This document shows, piece after piece, positions 62,424-64,000 of a DNA stretch of 64,000 nt. The DNA comes from a virus (Duplodnaviria; Caudoviricetes), in the IMG/VR virus record IMGVR_UViG_2724679557_000005, positions 1 through 64,000 of that record. The stretch is one strand, 5' to 3'. The position numbers were made by a program, and so were the translations under genes. Each line of letters opens with the position of its first letter. Position 1 is the first letter of the stretch. The notes below the pieces were generated by a model, which saw only the letters and a program-made list of their open reading frames with translations, ran no database searches and was not told the origin of the DNA.

Positions 62424-62668
62424 TAATTATCCTCCCACTTTCCAATAACACTTAATCCTTTGATACTATTGTTAAATGAAACAATTACAGAATCATTAAT
62501 ACTATATATCGGAGTATATTCACAACCTATATGAGTAATATCTCCAATTTTAATTTTACATTTTTGTGGAGAAATATTAATCCAATCAGATACAACATTA
62601 TCTATATCTTTTATAGTTACTTTTATTTTATTTTCACTAACATCAGTTACAGTAGCTTTCTTAATCAT
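62423..62668 (-). CDS. Short baseplate spike (gpV OB-fold-like)
   Basis: Position after gpD; KV...D.D.VVSDW. Confidence 0.6.
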   Translation of the reverse strand: MIKKATVTDVSENKIKVTIKDIDNVVSDWINISPQKCKIKIGDITHIGCEYTPIYSINDSVIVSFNNSIKGLSVIGKWEDN

Positions 62669-63582
62669 TTATATTCCTCCAGTATCTTTCTAACTTTTAG
62701 CTTAGTCTTTCCATCTATAATAGATGTGTTCAACTCTTCAACTATATATTTTCCACTAAATAATGATAATTCTTCTATATTTAAAGTACTTCCTGCTGCA
62801 ATCTTAGTATTCTTTATTACTGTAAATGTTCCATAAATCTCATTTTTATTAAATGATTTTAATATATTTTTAGAAAATCTATCAGCTTCTCCAATAGAAT
62901 AAACTGGTAAGTTATTAATGTATAATAAATTATCTATAGAATTATCTACTATATAACTTCCTTCTATATAATCTTCCTCATTTGAACGTATGATGCAACC
63001 ACCATAAATATAGTTTGATGTACATTCAAATTTATGTTTTCCTATAAAATCTTTTGGAGTTAAAGTTAATGCTGCTGTTTGTTTTTCTAAAAATGATGAT
63101 GATATTATAACAGCCTTATTATTGGTTATTTTTAATATATATCCTTCTAAAGTACATCTCTGTTTAAGAAATTCTATATTATTCATTTCTATCTGATCTA
63201 CTCTTTTATATTTAAAATCTTTTATTTCATAAGTTTCTAATGTTAATCCTAATGATTGAACTAAATCATTTGCTAAATATTTAAATGTAACATTCTCCCA
63301 AGTTCTTGTATGTTTTGTTTTAAAATTCTTCTTTATTGATAAAGCTCTAACAGTATATGTTCCATTACTTAATCCAAAACAATCAACATACATTGTTCCA
63401 GTTGAATATCCTTCTTCAACAATTTCAATTGTATGACCTTTCTTAAAGTGCCATGCTCTACACTCATTATTAATATCAGCAAAAGTAATGTCTATAGTGT
63501 CAGCTTTTGTTTTTATATTATCTGTAATATTACAACTAGTTACATTTAAATCAATCTCTTTTCCTTCATATATAACTTTCAT
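62665..63582 (-). CDS. Late control D-like baseplate hub protein
   Basis: D.I.ITF.D, W....G..I, RTWENVT, Q.....FL. Confidence 0.75.
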   Translation of the reverse strand: MKVIYEGKEIDLNVTSCNITDNIKTKADTIDITFADINNECRAWHFKKGHTIEIVEEGYSTGTMYVDCFGLSNGTYTVRALSIKKNFKTKHTRTWENVTFKYLANDLVQSLGLTLETYEIKDFKYKRVDQIEMNNIEFLKQRCTLEGYILKITNNKAVIISSSFLEKQTAALTLTPKDFIGKHKFECTSNYIYGGCIIRSNEEDYIEGSYIVDNSIDNLLYINNLPVYSIGEADRFSKNILKSFNKNEIYGTFTVIKNTKIAAGSTLNIEELSLFSGKYIVEELNTSIIDGKTKLKVRKILEEYK

Positions 63583-63586
63583 AAAA

Positions 63587-63784
63587 TCACTTCCATGGTG
63601 GTAATGTAGACTCTTCTTTTATATCTATTTTAGGTATTTTAACTATAACTCCACTTTCAAAAATTATAGTTCTTATTAAGTATGGATTAACTTTCATTAT
63701 CTCAACAGAATATTTTTCATTTCCTAATAAATTAAAGGAGATACTATCAAAAGTATCTCCTGTTTTAGTTATATAGCTATTCAT
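63587..63784 (-). CDS. Tail protein X (LysM-like)
   Basis: Y.TK.GDTFDSI, NP, LPPWK. Confidence 0.85.
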   Translation of the reverse strand: MNSYITKTGDTFDSISFNLLGNEKYSVEIMKVNPYLIRTIIFESGVIVKIPKIDIKEESTLPPWK

Positions 63785-64000
63785 AAGCAACCCTCTCTTC
63801 TTCTTCAAAAGTTTGGATAACCCACTCTTTAAAATCTTCAAAATTTTGTTTTAAAAGTGCTACAGTGTCATTATCAACTTTTCCTGTTATTTGTGGTGAA
63901 TATACAAATGTATTTCCTGTTCTCTTTTCTTTATTAGCTCCTATAGCTCCAGCTGTTTTTTCTAATAAACTTAAACTACGAGGATTATTTCTTTTCAAAG
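63777..64000 (-). CDS. Tape measure protein C-terminus (partial)
   Basis: FVYSPQITG..., directly upstream of tail X. Confidence 0.65.
   Translation of the reverse strand, partial: LKRNNPRSLSLLEKTAGAIGANKEKRTGNTFVYSPQITGKVDNDTVALLKQNFEDFKEWVIQTFEEEERVAYE

Larger units (their letters stand above)
43165..64000 (-). mobile_element. Prophage 2 (P2-type baseplate myovirus), tail-lysis-accessory end; left boundary approximate
   Basis: Tape measure end, X/D/V/U/W/J/I/H-like genes, holins, endolysin and accessory genes up to the miaB promoter. Confidence 0.85.

Overview
Very AT-rich Clostridium (sensu stricto) chromosomal window that appears to span the replication terminus. Gene orientation flips from + to - at about 40 kb, next to a single Xer recombinase gene with an upstream dif-like palindrome. 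A core block (mgtC-glpQ-mgtC, pan operon, splB, mutS, trehalose PTS operon with a nonsense-mutated treR, mutL-miaA-hfq, lexA, xer, ybaK, miaB) is flanked by the late/accessory ends of two convergent myovirus prophages. Prophage 1 (1-~17.19 kb, +) interrupts an MgtC-family gene. It carries secreted Ig-domain proteins, a ComEC-like MBL lipoprotein, a GIY-YIG protein and a ParM-ParR-pilin-like-VirB4/HerA-like ATPase module with sporulation-type promoters. Prophage 2 (~43.17-64 kb, -) has a P2-type baseplate, a papain+GH24 endolysin, tandem HATPase proteins, a Rep/iteron-VirD4-MobV module and a GHKL-nuclease. Most notable: (i) a shared countertranscript/anti-SD riboregulatory leader on two unrelated putative defence genes; (ii) the ParM/pilin/ATPase module; (iii) a tail-fibre cassette bounded by palindromic half-sites and shared between unrelated prophages; (iv) the difSL-like site. 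All family assignments come from motif recognition, not database searches.
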